DNA from: Alphaproteobacteria bacterium | GTDB lineage: Bacteria; Pseudomonadota; Alphaproteobacteria; Micropepsales; Micropepsaceae | Assembly (NCBI GenBank): GCA_947462105.1 | Contig: CANHNJ010000007.1 | Span: 19,638 to 83,637, forward strand | Length of the DNA: 64,000 bases | Direction: 5' to 3' | In this document: one piece after another, positions 22,356 to 33,352 of the stretch | How positions within the stretch are numbered: the stretch's first letter is position 1 | How the letters are laid out: each line of letters begins with the position of its first letter | Program-made: the position numbers and the translations under genes | Notes under the pieces: generated by a model | Databases searched by the model: none | What the model was told of the DNA's origin: nothing | Seen by the model: only the letters and a program-made list of their open reading frames with translations

Positions 22356-22877
22356 ATGAGTGACCTGCCCACCGTTCTTTATTCTGCCGACGACATCGCC
22401 CAGAAGGTGGCGCAACTGGTGAAGACGCTGGCGGCATTGCCCGACAAGCCGCAGGTCGCCGCCCCGGTGCTGGTGGGCGCCTTTGTCTTCGCCGCGGACC
22501 TGGTGCGGGCGATGGCGCGTGAAGGCGTGCATCTGGGCACCGAGATGATCTGGCTGCGCTCATACGGCAACGAACGCACCGGCAGCGCCATGTCGGTGCT
22601 GGCGGCGCCGTCCGATCATGTGAAGGGCAAGCATGTGCTCCTGATTGACGGCGTACTCGACAAGGGCCACACCGTGGTGCGCGCCACCAAGCTCTTGATG
22701 GATGCGGGCGCGGCCTCGGTGAAGACGGTGGTGGCGATCGACAAGTTGCATGACGACGCCGTCGCCAAGGCCGACTACGCGCTCTACACCGGCGTGAAGG
22801 ATTTCATTGTCGGCTACGGCATGGATGACGCGGGTAAATATCGGGCGCTTCCCTATATCGGCAAGGTCACGATTTAA
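22356..22877 (+). CDS. hpt: Hypoxanthine phosphoribosyltransferase-like protein
   Basis: GAFVFAADLVR, FIVGYGMD, YRALPYIG; PRPP loop is atypical (LIDGVLDKGHT). Confidence 0.8.
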   Translation: MSDLPTVLYSADDIAQKVAQLVKTLAALPDKPQVAAPVLVGAFVFAADLVRAMAREGVHLGTEMIWLRSYGNERTGSAMSVLAAPSDHVKGKHVLLIDGVLDKGHTVVRATKLLMDAGAASVKTVVAIDKLHDDAVAKADYALYTGVKDFIVGYGMDDAGKYRALPYIGKVTI

Positions 22878-22923
22878 TTCTGCACCGCGCTCGATTTATT
22901 TAATGGGCGCGCTGTGCGCGCCG

Positions 22924-22958
22924 GGGCGCTGCCGTATATCGGCAAGGGCATGACCTAG
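22924..22958 (+). repeat. Diverged duplicate of the hpt 3' end
   Basis: 22924-22947 matches 22843-22866 at 22/24 nt; reads GALPYIGKGMT* versus RALPYIGKVTI*. Confidence 0.75.
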
Positions 22959-22966
22959 CCTTACTT

Positions 22967-23048
22967 GTCATTCTCGCAAAAGCGGGAATCTAGAGATCGT
23001 AGAGCCGTACTGGTTGCTCTGGATGGCCCGGTCAAGCCGGGCCATGAC
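22967..23048. repeat. Inverted pair of REP-like palindromes
   Basis: GTCATTCTCGCAAAAGCGGGAATCTA (22967-22992) facing the reverse complement of GTCATGGCCCGGCTTGACCGGGCCATCCA (23020-23048). Confidence 0.75.
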
Positions 23049-23061
23049 ATCTGGGATTATA

Positions 23062-25428
23062 TCAGAACGACTTCAACAACCGATCAATATAGTCCCGCTC
23101 TTCCTGCGGCCGGCCCATCTGGCCGGCGCGGCGGCGCAGTTCTTCCAGGATCGCGCGGGCCCGCGCCAGTGCCGAGGCATCGGGAATCTTCACCTGGTTG
23201 CCGCTCTCGGCGCTGCGGCCAAGCGGATCATTGCGATCTGCCGAGGGCCGGCCCTCCTCGCGCCGCGCCTGCTCCGCCAGTTGCTGCTGCGCCTGGCTCA
23301 TCGCCTGCAGCGCCTGCTGCTGCGCCGCCTTGGCACCTTCCATGTCACCCTTCTGAAGTGCGTCGCGCGACTGCTGCATGGCGCGGGCCGCCTCGTTCAT
23401 CTTGCCGGTCAGCTTGGGATCGACGCCTTTTTGCGCGTCATTCAGTTGCTGCTGCAGCTTCTGCTGCTGCATGCGCAGGCCTTTCGCCCCGCCGTCCTTC
23501 GGATCGCCCTGGCCCTGGCCCTGGCGGAAGGTCTTGTCCAGCAGGCCGCGCTGCTGGCCCATCGTCTCGCCCAGCTTGTTCATGGAATCGTTGAGCGCCT
23601 TGTTGCCCTGCTGGCCCTGGCCCTTGCCGCCCTGGCCCTGCGTCATGCGCATGTTTTCCAGCATGTTCTGCAGCATGGCCAGCATCTGCGCCGCTTGCTC
23701 GCGCTGGCCGGCTTCCGAAAGCTGCTTGATCATGTCCATCATCTTCTGGATGTCGTCCTGGCCCACAGTGACGGAATTCTCACCTGCCTGCGGTTCGCTG
23801 CCCGGCGGCGGCGGGTTGGCGGCCAGCGCTTCCATGTAGCGCCTCATGGCCTGGTCGTAGCGTTGCAGCAGCTGGTCGATCTGGTCCTGCGGCGCGCCAT
23901 TGGCCATCGCCTGGTTCAGCAGCGCCTGCAGGCGGCGCAGTTCTTCCGCCGCATTCAGCAGCCCGCCGCGTTCCAGTGCGATAGCGGTATCCCACAACAG
24001 GTCGGAGACATGGTTGAGATCGCCCTGTGTTCGCGCGCCCAGGATGCCCCAGCGCGCCGAACGGATCGCCATGTAGGCGCTGCGCTTGCCCTCGAAGAAT
24101 TTCTCCGGCGCGATTGTGAAGGCGGCCAGCATGTCTGCCACGGCGGCGCGCCCCTTGGCATCGGATACGGCGGCCAGATTCTGGCGTTGTTCCACCAGCG
24201 CCCGCGCCAGCGGATCAGTGAAGACGCGCGCGGGCAGGGTGAAGCTGATCGGCGCGCTCAGGGTGCGGTTGCCCGCGCCGTCGCGCGCTTCCATCCAGGC
24301 GTTGACCGCAATGCCGGCATAGGCGTTGGCGGTGAGGTCGGCAAAGCTGGTCTGCTCAAAAGCCTTGCCGCCGCCATCCAGCGGCACGCGGATCGCACGC
24401 GCGCCGGGACGGTTCTTCGGCGCCACCACCACCGCGACCTGCGTCACGCCGTAATCGTCTGACGCCTTGTAATGGAAGGCCAGCGCCAGCTGCTCGGTCC
24501 GCTTGGGCACGCCGACAAAGGCGATCTGCGGCACCGCGTCAGGGATCACCTTGACGCGCCAGTCGGCCAGCACATGGCCCGCCACGCGGATGCGCAGGCG
24601 GCCATCATGCTGGATGACGGCGGTGGAGGCATAGTCGCCATCGCTGCCGGTGAAAGGCCTGGCGCGGTTTGCCCCCGCCGTGAAGCCCGGCGCATGCGGC
24701 GCGCCATGCACGCGCAGGTTCAGCACCGCGCCCACGGGAATGGCAACGGTGCCATCGCCCGCCGCCAGTGGCGCCAGCGGCAACCCGGTATAGGCGGGCG
24801 GATCGATCCAGGCATCGATGCCGGCAGCGCTCTGGCTGACAAAGGCGCTGGTCAGGCGGTCGGCAAAATCGTTGCGCGCCATGAAAATGCCGACGGCCAG
24901 CAGGATCACCAGATACCAGCGCAGGCCATGCCGGTCCTTGGCCGCAAGATCGGCCTGCGGGATCGCCAGCCTGAGCGCGCCCAGGTTCGCCATGCGGGCG
25001 CGGTGCGCGGCCCACAGCGCGGCGGTGACCGGATCGCTGCCAGCCGGCAGCACATCGTCACGTTCGGAGATGGGACGATGGATCAGCCCGCTGTCACGCT
25101 CCAGCCGCCGCGCGCCTTCGAACGCACTCGCCCAGGCAAAGCTTGCCAGGCCCTGCCACAGTGCCAGCGCGGCGGCGGTGACGGCACCCGCCAGCAGCAG
25201 CGACTGTGCTTCCCACGGGATATAGAGGAACAGGCCCGACAGGGCAGCGGCGAGATAAAGACCGGCGAAACCAATGGCGGGCCACAGGGCCGGCAACAGC
25301 CGCTCGATGCCGACGCTAAGCCGCGCCAGCGCGATGCGGCGATCCAGCGGATCGTCGCGCCAAAGGCGCGCTAACGAATTACTTCGAAAGCCAGCCGGGA
25401 AGTTTATCCTGCGCGATAAGATCGTCAT
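23062..25428 (-). CDS. TIGR02302/DUF4175 family membrane protein
   Basis: ERLLPALWP, DAWIDPPAYTG, DDYGV, FTDPLARALVEQR, ERDYIDRLL; downstream of lysA. Start uncertain: the nearest in-frame ATG (25428) overlaps lysA by ~50 nt. Confidence 0.85.
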   Translation of the reverse strand: MTILSRRINFPAGFRSNSLARLWRDDPLDRRIALARLSVGIERLLPALWPAIGFAGLYLAAALSGLFLYIPWEAQSLLLAGAVTAAALALWQGLASFAWASAFEGARRLERDSGLIHRPISERDDVLPAGSDPVTAALWAAHRARMANLGALRLAIPQADLAAKDRHGLRWYLVILLAVGIFMARNDFADRLTSAFVSQSAAGIDAWIDPPAYTGLPLAPLAAGDGTVAIPVGAVLNLRVHGAPHAPGFTAGANRARPFTGSDGDYASTAVIQHDGRLRIRVAGHVLADWRVKVIPDAVPQIAFVGVPKRTEQLALAFHYKASDDYGVTQVAVVVAPKNRPGARAIRVPLDGGGKAFEQTSFADLTANAYAGIAVNAWMEARDGAGNRTLSAPISFTLPARVFTDPLARALVEQRQNLAAVSDAKGRAAVADMLAAFTIAPEKFFEGKRSAYMAIRSARWGILGARTQGDLNHVSDLLWDTAIALERGGLLNAAEELRRLQALLNQAMANGAPQDQIDQLLQRYDQAMRRYMEALAANPPPPGSEPQAGENSVTVGQDDIQKMMDMIKQLSEAGQREQAAQMLAMLQNMLENMRMTQGQGGKGQGQQGNKALNDSMNKLGETMGQQRGLLDKTFRQGQGQGDPKDGGAKGLRMQQQKLQQQLNDAQKGVDPKLTGKMNEAARAMQQSRDALQKGDMEGAKAAQQQALQAMSQAQQQLAEQARREEGRPSADRNDPLGRSAESGNQVKIPDASALARARAILEELRRRAGQMGRPQEERDYIDRLLKSF

Positions 25429-26647
25429 GGCGGAGCCTAGGCCGTACAATGGCCCATTCGGCGCCCGAGACCAACACTTCCGGTGCGGGCGGACGGGCAT
25501 TGTAGGTGCTGGACATGGTCGCGCCATAGGCACCTGCCGACAGGATCGCCACCAAATCGCCCGATTTCAGTTCCGGCAGGGCCCGCGCTGCGGCGAAAAG
25601 ATCGGAAGTCTCGCAGACCGGCCCCACCACGTCATAGGTGACGCGCTCCACGCCGGGCACAGGTTCCGTCACCGCCACGATCTCGTGATGGGCTTCATAC
25701 ATGGCCGGGCGGATCAGGTCGTTCATGCCCGCATCCAGGATCAGGAAGGTCTTGGCGTCGCCGCGCTTTACGTACAGCACCTTGGACACCAGCACGCCCG
25801 CGTTGGCGGCGATCAGGCGGCCCGGCTCGAAGACCAGGCGGCAGCCCAAACCTTCGGTGGCGCGCGCCACCACCTTGCCATAGGCCACCGGATCGGGCGG
25901 CGGCATGTTGTTGTTCTCATACGGCACGCCCAGCCCGCCGCCCAGATCCAGGCGGGTGATGCTGTGACCGTCCAGGCGCAGGGTCCTGGCCAGTTCGGCC
26001 ACCTTGGTGAAGGCGGCCTCGAACGGCTCCAGTTCGGTGAGCTGGCTGCCGATATGCACATCGATGCCGACGATCTCGACATTGCGCAGCGCAGCGGCCT
26101 GGACATAGGCGGCGCGCGCATGGGCAAAGGGAATGCCGAACTTGGTTTCTGCCGTGCCGGTGGTGATCTTGGCGTGGGTCTTGGCGTCGACGTCCGGGTT
26201 GATGCGCAGCGTGATCGGCGCGCGCTTGTTCAGCTCGCGCGCCACTTCATCCAGCGCCAGCAGTTCCTGCTCGCTCTCGACATTGAACTGATAGATGCCG
26301 GCGGTGAGCGCCTGGTGCATCTCTTCCCGGGTCTTGCCGACGCCGGAAAACACGATCTTGGCGGCGGGAATGCCTGCCGCCAGCGCCTTGGCCAGCTCGC
26401 CGCCGGAAACGACATCGGCGCCCGCGCCCAGCAGTGCCAGCGTTTTCAGGACGGCGAGGTTGCCATTGGCCTTCACGGAGAATGCGACCAGCGAATCCTT
26501 GGGCAGCGCGCCGGCAAAGACCTTGTAGTGCCGCTCAAGCGTGGCGCGGGAATAGCAATAAAAGGGCGTGCCGACCCGCTCTGCCAGCGTGGCCAGGCTG
26601 ACATCCTCGGCGCTAAGCGTGCCGTCCTGATAGCCGAAGTGATTCAT
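25379..26647 (-). CDS. lysA: Diaminopimelate decarboxylase
   Basis: FSVKANGN, HIGSQ, EPGR, VVGPVCETSD, GAYG. Confidence 0.97.
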   Translation of the reverse strand: MNHFGYQDGTLSAEDVSLATLAERVGTPFYCYSRATLERHYKVFAGALPKDSLVAFSVKANGNLAVLKTLALLGAGADVVSGGELAKALAAGIPAAKIVFSGVGKTREEMHQALTAGIYQFNVESEQELLALDEVARELNKRAPITLRINPDVDAKTHAKITTGTAETKFGIPFAHARAAYVQAAALRNVEIVGIDVHIGSQLTELEPFEAAFTKVAELARTLRLDGHSITRLDLGGGLGVPYENNNMPPPDPVAYGKVVARATEGLGCRLVFEPGRLIAANAGVLVSKVLYVKRGDAKTFLILDAGMNDLIRPAMYEAHHEIVAVTEPVPGVERVTYDVVGPVCETSDLFAAARALPELKSGDLVAILSAGAYGATMSSTYNARPPAPEVLVSGAEWAIVRPRLRHDDLIAQDKLPGWLSK

Positions 26648-26788
26648 CTAGCGGCCCGTCTGGCTGGGCGGCAGCGAGGGATCGCGCGCGGTCTTGGCGT
26701 CGGGCTGGCCGTTGGGCTTGACCAAATTGTTCTTCACGCCGCAGGCGGCGAGAGACGCGACAAGCGCGAGCAGGAGAATTTTTCTCAC
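26648..26788 (-). CDS. Small lipoprotein, LptM/YifL-like (46 aa; missed by ORF track)
   Basis: GTG start overlaps the argH stop; [22 protein letters not shown] lipobox; lies between argH and lysA. Confidence 0.8.
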   Translation of the reverse strand: MRKILLLALVASLAACGVKNNLVKPNGQPDAKTARDPSLPPSQTGR

Positions 26789-28167
26789 CGGAGCTTGTCC
26801 CGCCACTGGAAGAGCTGTTCGGCGACACGCGCCGGGGCGGTGCCGCCCAGGCTCATGCGCGAATTGACGGACGATTCCAGCGACAGCACCTTGAAGACAT
26901 CCTCGGTGATGGCGGCATCGACGCCCTGCATGTCGGCCAGCGACAACTGGTCGAGGCGCACATTCTTGTCTTCCGCCAGCTTGACGATGGAACCGGCGAT
27001 GTGATGTGCCTCGCGGAAGGGCTTCTTCAGCACCCGCACCACCCAGTCGGCCAGGTCGGTGGCGGTGGGGAAGCCCGCCTCACAGGCCTCGCGCATCCGC
27101 GCGGGCTGCGCCGTCAGGTCGGCGATCATCGCCGCCATCGCCGCCAGCGACAATTCCAGCGTGTCGGCGGCGTCGAAGACGCGTTCCTTGTCTTCCTGCA
27201 GGTCGGTGCCATAGGTCAGCACCAGGCCCTTGACCACGGTGGCCAGCGCCACGAAGTCGCCCAGCACGCGGCCGGTCTTGCCCCGGATCAGCTCGGCGGC
27301 ATCGGGATTGCGCTTCTGCGGCATGATGGAAGAGCCGGTGGTGAAGGCGTCCGACAGTTTCACGAAGCCGAAGGCGGGTGTCGACCATTGTACCAGCTCG
27401 CCTGCGATCCGCGACAGGTGCACGGCACAGATAGTGCAGGCCGCCAGATACTCCAGCGCGAAGTCGCGGGCGCTGATCGCGTCCATCGAGTTGCGCATCG
27501 GCCGGGTGAAGCCCAGACCATGCGCGGTGGCGTCGCGGTCGATCGGGAACGATGTGCCCGCCAGCGCCGCCGCGCCCAGCGGACATTCGTTGAGGCGCTT
27601 GCGCGTATCCTCGAACCGGCCACGGTCGCGGTTGAACATCTCGACATAGGCCAGCATGTGATGGCCGAAGGTCACGGGCTGCGCCACCTGCATGTGGGTG
27701 AAGCCGGGCATGATGGTGGCGGCGTGCTGCTCGGCCTGTGCGAACAGCGCCTTCTGCAGCGCCAGCAGGCCGGCATCGGCGCGCTCGCAGGCAGCGCGCA
27801 CCCACAGGCGGAAATCGGTCACGACCTGGTCGTTGCGCGAGCGTGCGGTGTGCAGACGCCCGGCGGCGGGGCCGATGATCTCGGCCAGCCGCGCCTCGAT
27901 ATTGAGATGGATGTCCTCCAGCTCACGCTTGAAGACGAAGGTGCCGTCCTTGATTTCCGTCTCGATCTGCTCGAGCCCCAGCAGGATGGCGCTGGCGTCT
28001 TCCTTGGGAATGATGGCTTCGCCGCTCAGCATGCGGACATGGGCCTTCGAGCCGGCCAGGTCTTCCCGGGCCATGCGCTTGTCGAAATCGATGGACGGGG
28101 TAATCTCCCGCATGATTTCGGCAGGTCCGGCGGCAAACCGGCCGCCCCACATCTTGTTGCTGCTCAT
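26785..28167 (-). CDS. argH: Argininosuccinate lyase
   Basis: [28 protein letters not shown]. Confidence 0.98.
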   Translation of the reverse strand: MSSNKMWGGRFAAGPAEIMREITPSIDFDKRMAREDLAGSKAHVRMLSGEAIIPKEDASAILLGLEQIETEIKDGTFVFKRELEDIHLNIEARLAEIIGPAAGRLHTARSRNDQVVTDFRLWVRAACERADAGLLALQKALFAQAEQHAATIMPGFTHMQVAQPVTFGHHMLAYVEMFNRDRGRFEDTRKRLNECPLGAAALAGTSFPIDRDATAHGLGFTRPMRNSMDAISARDFALEYLAACTICAVHLSRIAGELVQWSTPAFGFVKLSDAFTTGSSIMPQKRNPDAAELIRGKTGRVLGDFVALATVVKGLVLTYGTDLQEDKERVFDAADTLELSLAAMAAMIADLTAQPARMREACEAGFPTATDLADWVVRVLKKPFREAHHIAGSIVKLAEDKNVRLDQLSLADMQGVDAAITEDVFKVLSLESSVNSRMSLGGTAPARVAEQLFQWRDKLR

Positions 28168-28191
28168 CGTATGAATGCCCGGGAAAATGCC

Positions 28192-28722
28192 ATGACCAAG
28201 CTCAAAGCCGTGCTGCTCAGTCTGGCCGTTCTATACGGTGCCGGGACCGCGCCTGTCCACGCAGCCCCAGCCATGCCCAAGCCGCTGGCGGCGGAAAAAC
28301 CCGCCAAAGCTGCGCCCGCCGTGTCCTTTACCGACGGCAAGGGCGCCAAGCACAGCCTGAAGGAATATCAGGGCAAGTATGTGCTGGTGAACATGTGGGC
28401 GACCTGGTGCGCCCCCTGCGTGGCCGAGCTGCCGGCCCTGGCCAAGCTCAAGGCGGCGTTGCCCAACATGCATGTGCTGGCGGTGGACCTGACCGGCAAG
28501 ACCCAGACCCCGGCCAAGTCGCTGGCCTTCCTCAAGGAGCACAAGGCGGATTCACTGGGCGCCTATGTCGATACCGAGCGCATGTTCATGCGCGGCTTCG
28601 TGGCGGCGGTGATGCCGACCACGGTGCTGATCGATCCCGCCGGCAAGGTGGTGGCGCGCGCCGAGGGGCCCGCCGAGTGGGCCTCGCCGGCGTTCATCGC
28701 TTACTTCAAGAGTCTGAAGTAA
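28192..28722 (+). CDS. tlpA: TlpA-family thiol:disulfide oxidoreductase
   Basis: Signal peptide, [18 protein letters not shown]; divergent from argH. Confidence 0.88.
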   Translation: MTKLKAVLLSLAVLYGAGTAPVHAAPAMPKPLAAEKPAKAAPAVSFTDGKGAKHSLKEYQGKYVLVNMWATWCAPCVAELPALAKLKAALPNMHVLAVDLTGKTQTPAKSLAFLKEHKADSLGAYVDTERMFMRGFVAAVMPTTVLIDPAGKVVARAEGPAEWASPAFIAYFKSLK

Positions 28723-28727
28723 CGGCT

Positions 28728-29603
28728 CTAGCGAGTCGGCACGGGGTGCTCGCCCCTATAATCGTAGAAGCCGCGTCCCGTCTTGCGGCCCAGCCAGCCC
28801 GCCTCGACATACTTCACCAGCAGCGGGCAGGGGCGATACTTGGAATCCGCCAGCCCTTCATAGAGCACCTGCATCACCGACAGGCAGGTATCGAGGCCGA
28901 TGAAGTCGGCGAGCTGCAGCGGGCCCATGGGATGGTTGGCGCCCAGCCGCATGGCGGTGTCGATGGCATCGACGTTGCCGACGCCTTCATACAGCGTGTA
29001 GATCGCCTCGTTGATCATCGGCAGCAGGATGCGGTTGACGATGAAGGCGGGGAAATCCTCGGCATAGGCGGCGGTCTTGCCGACCTTCTTCACGATCTCC
29101 AGCGCCGCCTGAAAGGTGGCGTCGTTGGTGGCGATGCCCCGGATCACTTCCACCAGTTGCATCAGCGGCACCGGATTCATGAAGTGCAGGCCGATGAACT
29201 GTTCCGGCCGGTCGGTGGCCGAGGCCAGGCGCGTCACCGAAATGGATGAGGTGTTGGTGGCCAGGATGGTGCGATCCGAGACGCGGGTGCACAGATCCTT
29301 GAAGATCAGCTTCTTGATGGCCTCATCCTCGGTCGCCGCTTCGATCACCAGGTCCAGGTCCTTGAGGTCGTCCAGGCTCTGGGTGGTGCGGATGCGCTTC
29401 AGCGCGGCGGGAATGACATCGGTGGTGATGGCGCCCTTGGCGGCCTGGCGCTGCATGTTCTTTTCGATGCGTTCCAGCGCCTTGCCCAGCGAGTCCTTGT
29501 TGATGTCGTCCAGCGTGACGTCATAGCCCGCCAGTGCCAGGACATGCGCGATGCCGGTGCCCATCTGTCCAGCGCCGATGACGCCGATTTTTTCCACTGC
29601 CAT
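28728..29603 (-). CDS. hbd: 3-hydroxybutyryl-CoA dehydrogenase
   Basis: [26 protein letters not shown]. Confidence 0.93.
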   Translation of the reverse strand: MAVEKIGVIGAGQMGTGIAHVLALAGYDVTLDDINKDSLGKALERIEKNMQRQAAKGAITTDVIPAALKRIRTTQSLDDLKDLDLVIEAATEDEAIKKLIFKDLCTRVSDRTILATNTSSISVTRLASATDRPEQFIGLHFMNPVPLMQLVEVIRGIATNDATFQAALEIVKKVGKTAAYAEDFPAFIVNRILLPMINEAIYTLYEGVGNVDAIDTAMRLGANHPMGPLQLADFIGLDTCLSVMQVLYEGLADSKYRPCPLLVKYVEAGWLGRKTGRGFYDYRGEHPVPTR

Positions 29604-29609
29604 GAGTTC

Positions 29610-30563
29610 CTACGCCTTCTGTCCTATGCCGCGCTTGGCAAGTTCGTCGTTGAGTTCGGGGATCGCCTTGAACAGATCTTCCACCAGGCCGAAATCGGCC
29701 AGTTGGAAGATCGGCGCTGCTGCGTCCTTGTTGATGGCGGCGATCACCCGCGAATCCTTCATGCCCGCCAGATGCTGGATGGCGCCGGAAATGCCGATGG
29801 CCAGGTATAGCTCGGGCGCCACGGCCTTGCCGGTCTGGCCGACCTGGAAATCGTTGGGCACATAGCCCGCATCCACCGCCGCGCGCGAGGCGCCAACCGC
29901 CGCGCCCAGGCGATCGGCGATTGTGTCCAGCAGCTTGAAATTCTCGGCGCTGCCCAGGCCGCGTCCGCCGGAGATCACGATCTTCGCCGAGGTGAGCTCG
30001 GGCCGCGCCGACATGGAGAGGTTTTCTTCCACGAAGCTGGAAAGGCCGGGATCGGCGGCGGCGGCGATCTTCTCGACCGTGGCGGTGCCACCGCTGCCTG
30101 CGGCGGCGAATGTCGTGGTGCGCACGGTGACGATCTTCTTGCCTGCAGGCGCCTGCAGCGTCTCGACGGCGTTGCCGGCAAAGATGGGGCGCTCGAACGT
30201 GTCGGGCGCGAGCACGGCGATGATTTCGGAAATCTGCGGCGTATCCAGCTTCGCCGCCACGCGCGGCAGGTAGTTCTTGCCCGTGGTGGTGGCGGGGGCG
30301 AGGATGGCTTCATAGGGCTCTGCGACGGAGAGGATCAGCGTCTCCATCGTCTCGGCCAGCATCCGCGCATAGCGCGCATCGTCGGCCAGCAAGACCTTCT
30401 CCACGCCTGCGATCCCGGCGGCCGCTTGCGCCACCGCCGCGCAATCGCTGCCCGCCACCAGGATGTGCACGGGGCTGGAGACCTTTGCCGCCGCCGTCAC
30501 CGTCTTGGCGGTGGCATCGTTCAGGGTCTTGTTGTCGTGTTCGGCGATGACGAGCGCGGTCAT
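29610..30563 (-). CDS. etfA: Electron transfer flavoprotein alpha subunit
   Basis: [23 protein letters not shown]. Confidence 0.96.
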   Translation of the reverse strand: MTALVIAEHDNKTLNDATAKTVTAAAKVSSPVHILVAGSDCAAVAQAAAGIAGVEKVLLADDARYARMLAETMETLILSVAEPYEAILAPATTTGKNYLPRVAAKLDTPQISEIIAVLAPDTFERPIFAGNAVETLQAPAGKKIVTVRTTTFAAAGSGGTATVEKIAAAADPGLSSFVEENLSMSARPELTSAKIVISGGRGLGSAENFKLLDTIADRLGAAVGASRAAVDAGYVPNDFQVGQTGKAVAPELYLAIGISGAIQHLAGMKDSRVIAAINKDAAAPIFQLADFGLVEDLFKAIPELNDELAKRGIGQKA

Positions 30564-31309
30564 GACAGCACGCCCGCCTCGGCCAGCTTGTCCACCAGTT
30601 CGGCCACGGTCTTCACCTTCACGCCGGCGGCACGCCGGGCGGGCTCGGACACCTTCAGCACCTTGCAGCGGGGCGTTACATCCACGCCCAGCTCGGCGGG
30701 CGATTTCTCGGCGATGGGCTTCTTTTTCGCCTTCATGATGTTGGGCAGCGAGGCATAGCGCGGCTGGTTGAGACGCAGGTCGGTGGTCACCACGGCGGGC
30801 AATCTGAGCGACACGGTCTGCAGGCCGCCGTCAATTTCGCGGGCCACTTTTACATCGCTGCCGGAAAGTTCGAGGCTGTGCGCGAAGGTGCCTTGGCCCC
30901 AGCCCAGCAGCGCGGCCAGCATCTGGCCGGTCTGGTTGGCGTCGCTGTCGATCGCCTGCTTGCCGGTCAGGACCAGGCCGGGCTTTTCCGCGTCGCAGAT
31001 CGCCTTCAGCAGCTTGGCCACCGCCAGCGGTTCGACCGGTCCGTCCGTCTTCACGAGAATGCCGCGGTCACCGCCCATGGCCAGCGCGGTGCGGATGGTG
31101 TCCTGCGCCTGGCTCGGCCCGATGGAAACGATCACCACTTCGGTGACCTTGCCCTTCTCCTTCAGGCGAATGGCTTCCTCGACCGCGATCTCGTCGAAAG
31201 GGTTCATGGACATTTTGACATTGGCGAGGTCCACCCCGCTCTGGTCCGCCTTCACGCGCACCTTCACGTTAAAGTCGATTACCCGCTTTACGGGCACCAA
31301 GACCTTCAT
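30560..31309 (-). CDS. etfB: Electron transfer flavoprotein beta subunit
   Basis: [43 protein letters not shown]. Confidence 0.97.
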   Translation of the reverse strand: MKVLVPVKRVIDFNVKVRVKADQSGVDLANVKMSMNPFDEIAVEEAIRLKEKGKVTEVVIVSIGPSQAQDTIRTALAMGGDRGILVKTDGPVEPLAVAKLLKAICDAEKPGLVLTGKQAIDSDANQTGQMLAALLGWGQGTFAHSLELSGSDVKVAREIDGGLQTVSLRLPAVVTTDLRLNQPRYASLPNIMKAKKKPIAEKSPAELGVDVTPRCKVLKVSEPARRAAGVKVKTVAELVDKLAEAGVLS

Positions 31310-31529
31310 GACGCTGCCAATTCCCCGTACTCCGGCCGGATATTGTTAAAGCCGGTGTTTTTGTGCGGCGCAAAACTAGGCTTTGGCCAAGCAGCCGTCA
31401 ACGAAACGCCATGAAGCTTCTTCGCAGTTGCAGCACAGAATGAGAGTGCGTCAAACCGCCGCTACCATGCGAAACTAGGGGCCTTCAAGGAATACCCTTA
31501 TTCCGAGCACTGCTTACTTTCTGCAGCCA

Positions 31530-32279
31530 GTGGGCGTGGTTAACATTCTGCAAGAATTGGGTGTGCTGTTGCTTACCGATACTGGCTACGCCTTGGTTGC
31601 GCATCTCGAGCGGCAGGACAGCGGTCCGGCCCTGCTCGCGTCCTTCCAGCGCCTGATCCTCGCCTTCGGCATGGACCATTTCTGGATCGGCGACGTCTCC
31701 AATCCCGATACGCCGCGCGACAATCGCCGTTGGGGCGCCACGTTTCCCGTGGGCTGGTACTGGCGCTATGTCAGCCATAACCATTTTCCGCACGACCCCG
31801 TCGTGATGCGGATCGGCCAGACGACGCGACCTTTCCGCTGGTCGGACAGTTATGACCGCGCCGGGGCGCGGGGCCGGCGCGTGCTCGACGAGGCGGCACA
31901 ATTCGGCATCCGCGACGGCTATGCGATCCCCATCCGTGGCCGTGACGGCAGCCTGGCGATGGTCAGTATCGGCGCCCGGGACTATGCGCTCAGACGGCAG
32001 GACGAGATGGCGCTGCACATGGCCTCGCTCTATCTCCATGCTAGGCTGTCGAGCCTGCGTGGCCATGCCGGCATACGGCCTGCCCCCAAGCTGACACCGC
32101 GCGAACGCGAATGCCTGAAATGGGTGGCGGCGGGCAAGACCGACTAGGAGATTGCCCAGATCCTCGCCATCTCCGAGCAGACCGCGCATGGCTATGTGCA
32201 GAACGCGCTGGTCAAGCTGGGCGCGCGCACCCGTGCCCAGGCGGTGGCGCTGATGCTGACGTCGCAGCTGATGCAATGA
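31530..32279 (+). pseudogene. LuxR-family autoinducer-binding regulator interrupted by TAG (32145-32147) in the HTH domain
   Basis: The frame continues past the stop: GKTD*EIAQILAISEQTAHGYVQNALVKLGARTRAQAVA, ending at TGA 32277-32279. The neighbouring paralog has GKSDWEIG. Start uncertain. Confidence 0.85.
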
Positions 32280-32480
32280 GTGAAAAGCCGCGCAGGCTGG
32301 AAAACGCGAGACGCCGGTTCCCGCGCCCTTGTGGGAGGAACACAATGCCCCCTATTGTCCGATGCAAAGCCGGTGCGCCTTTCGCGCGCCAGGAAAAAGA
32401 AGAATAAGAGCGAAGGGGACAAGTCATTCCTGCCGGCTCCTGACCCGGTATCCGGGCCGGGCGCGCCCCGCCGTGCCGAT

Positions 32481-33191
32481 GTGGTGGAGTCGTTCTCGCG
32501 CAGCGCCCGGGCCGTGGAAGATCGCGACCAGCTTCGCCTGGCTTTCGCCGCCGCCGTGCTGGCGCTGGGCTTCGACCATTATGCCTTGCAGGGCGAGGGC
32601 GCGCGCCTGCTGCCCGCCAACTGGATCTTCCGGCCCGATCCGGCGCGGGACGTGATCTTCGCGGCGGCGGCGCGCTCGCTGTCGCCATTCCTGTGGTCCG
32701 ACATTCCCCGCTTCGTGACGCTCAGTCCTGCCGATGCGCGGGCGCTGGAAAGCGCGCCGCCGGGCCTGGCGGTGCCGATCCATGCCAGCCCCTTCAGCGC
32801 CGGCCTGCAATCGCCGCCCGGCCTGACTGAGCCCAGCGGCTTTGCCGGTTTCTGCTCCTTCCTGATGCGAAAGGGCAGCCCGCTGCCGGTCGAAAGCTTC
32901 GCCGCCGCGCACTATATCGCCACCCTGGCCTATGAGGCGGCGCGCCGGGTTGACCAGGCGCAGCCCGCCCGCCCGCGCCTGACGCCGCGCCAGCGTGACT
33001 GCATGGTGCTGGCGGCGCAGGGCAAGAGCGACTGGGAAATCGGCAAGCTGCTGGGGATCAGCGAATCCACAGTGCACAAGCACATTGAAGATGCGAAGCG
33101 CCGCTTCGGCGTCTCGACCCGGATTCAGCTGGTGGTGCGCGGGCTCGCGGAAGCCAGGCTCAGCTTCGCCGACATTCTTGGGAAAAATTAA
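32481..33191 (+). CDS. LuxR-family transcriptional regulator (divergent ligand-binding domain)
   Basis: LTPRQRDC, GKSDWEIGKLLGISESTVHKH HTH; start uncertain (ORF open from 32280). Confidence 0.88.
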   Translation: MVESFSRSARAVEDRDQLRLAFAAAVLALGFDHYALQGEGARLLPANWIFRPDPARDVIFAAAARSLSPFLWSDIPRFVTLSPADARALESAPPGLAVPIHASPFSAGLQSPPGLTEPSGFAGFCSFLMRKGSPLPVESFAAAHYIATLAYEAARRVDQAQPARPRLTPRQRDCMVLAAQGKSDWEIGKLLGISESTVHKHIEDAKRRFGVSTRIQLVVRGLAEARLSFADILGKN

Positions 33192-33196
33192 GCTCC

Positions 33197-33335
33197 AGCG
33201 CCGCAGCGAAGCTGCGGCGCGACCCCCAGCATCCGACGGCTTCCTTCCCACTTCGGCGCGAAGCTCCAGGAAGGGGGAAGGTGTCGCAACGAGGTGCCTG
33301 CCTCTTGGCAGGCCCGAGTTGCGACGGATGGGGGT
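33197..33335 (-). repeat. ~140-bp structured dispersed repeat, copy A
   Basis: Reverse complement aligns along its length with 42016-42158. Confidence 0.85.
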
Positions 33336-33352
33336 GCAATAAATAAGACGGT

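Noticed and set aside
31310-33350. Complete luxI/luxR quorum-sensing module
   Set aside because: No acyl-homoserine-lactone synthase ORF is present near the two LuxR genes.
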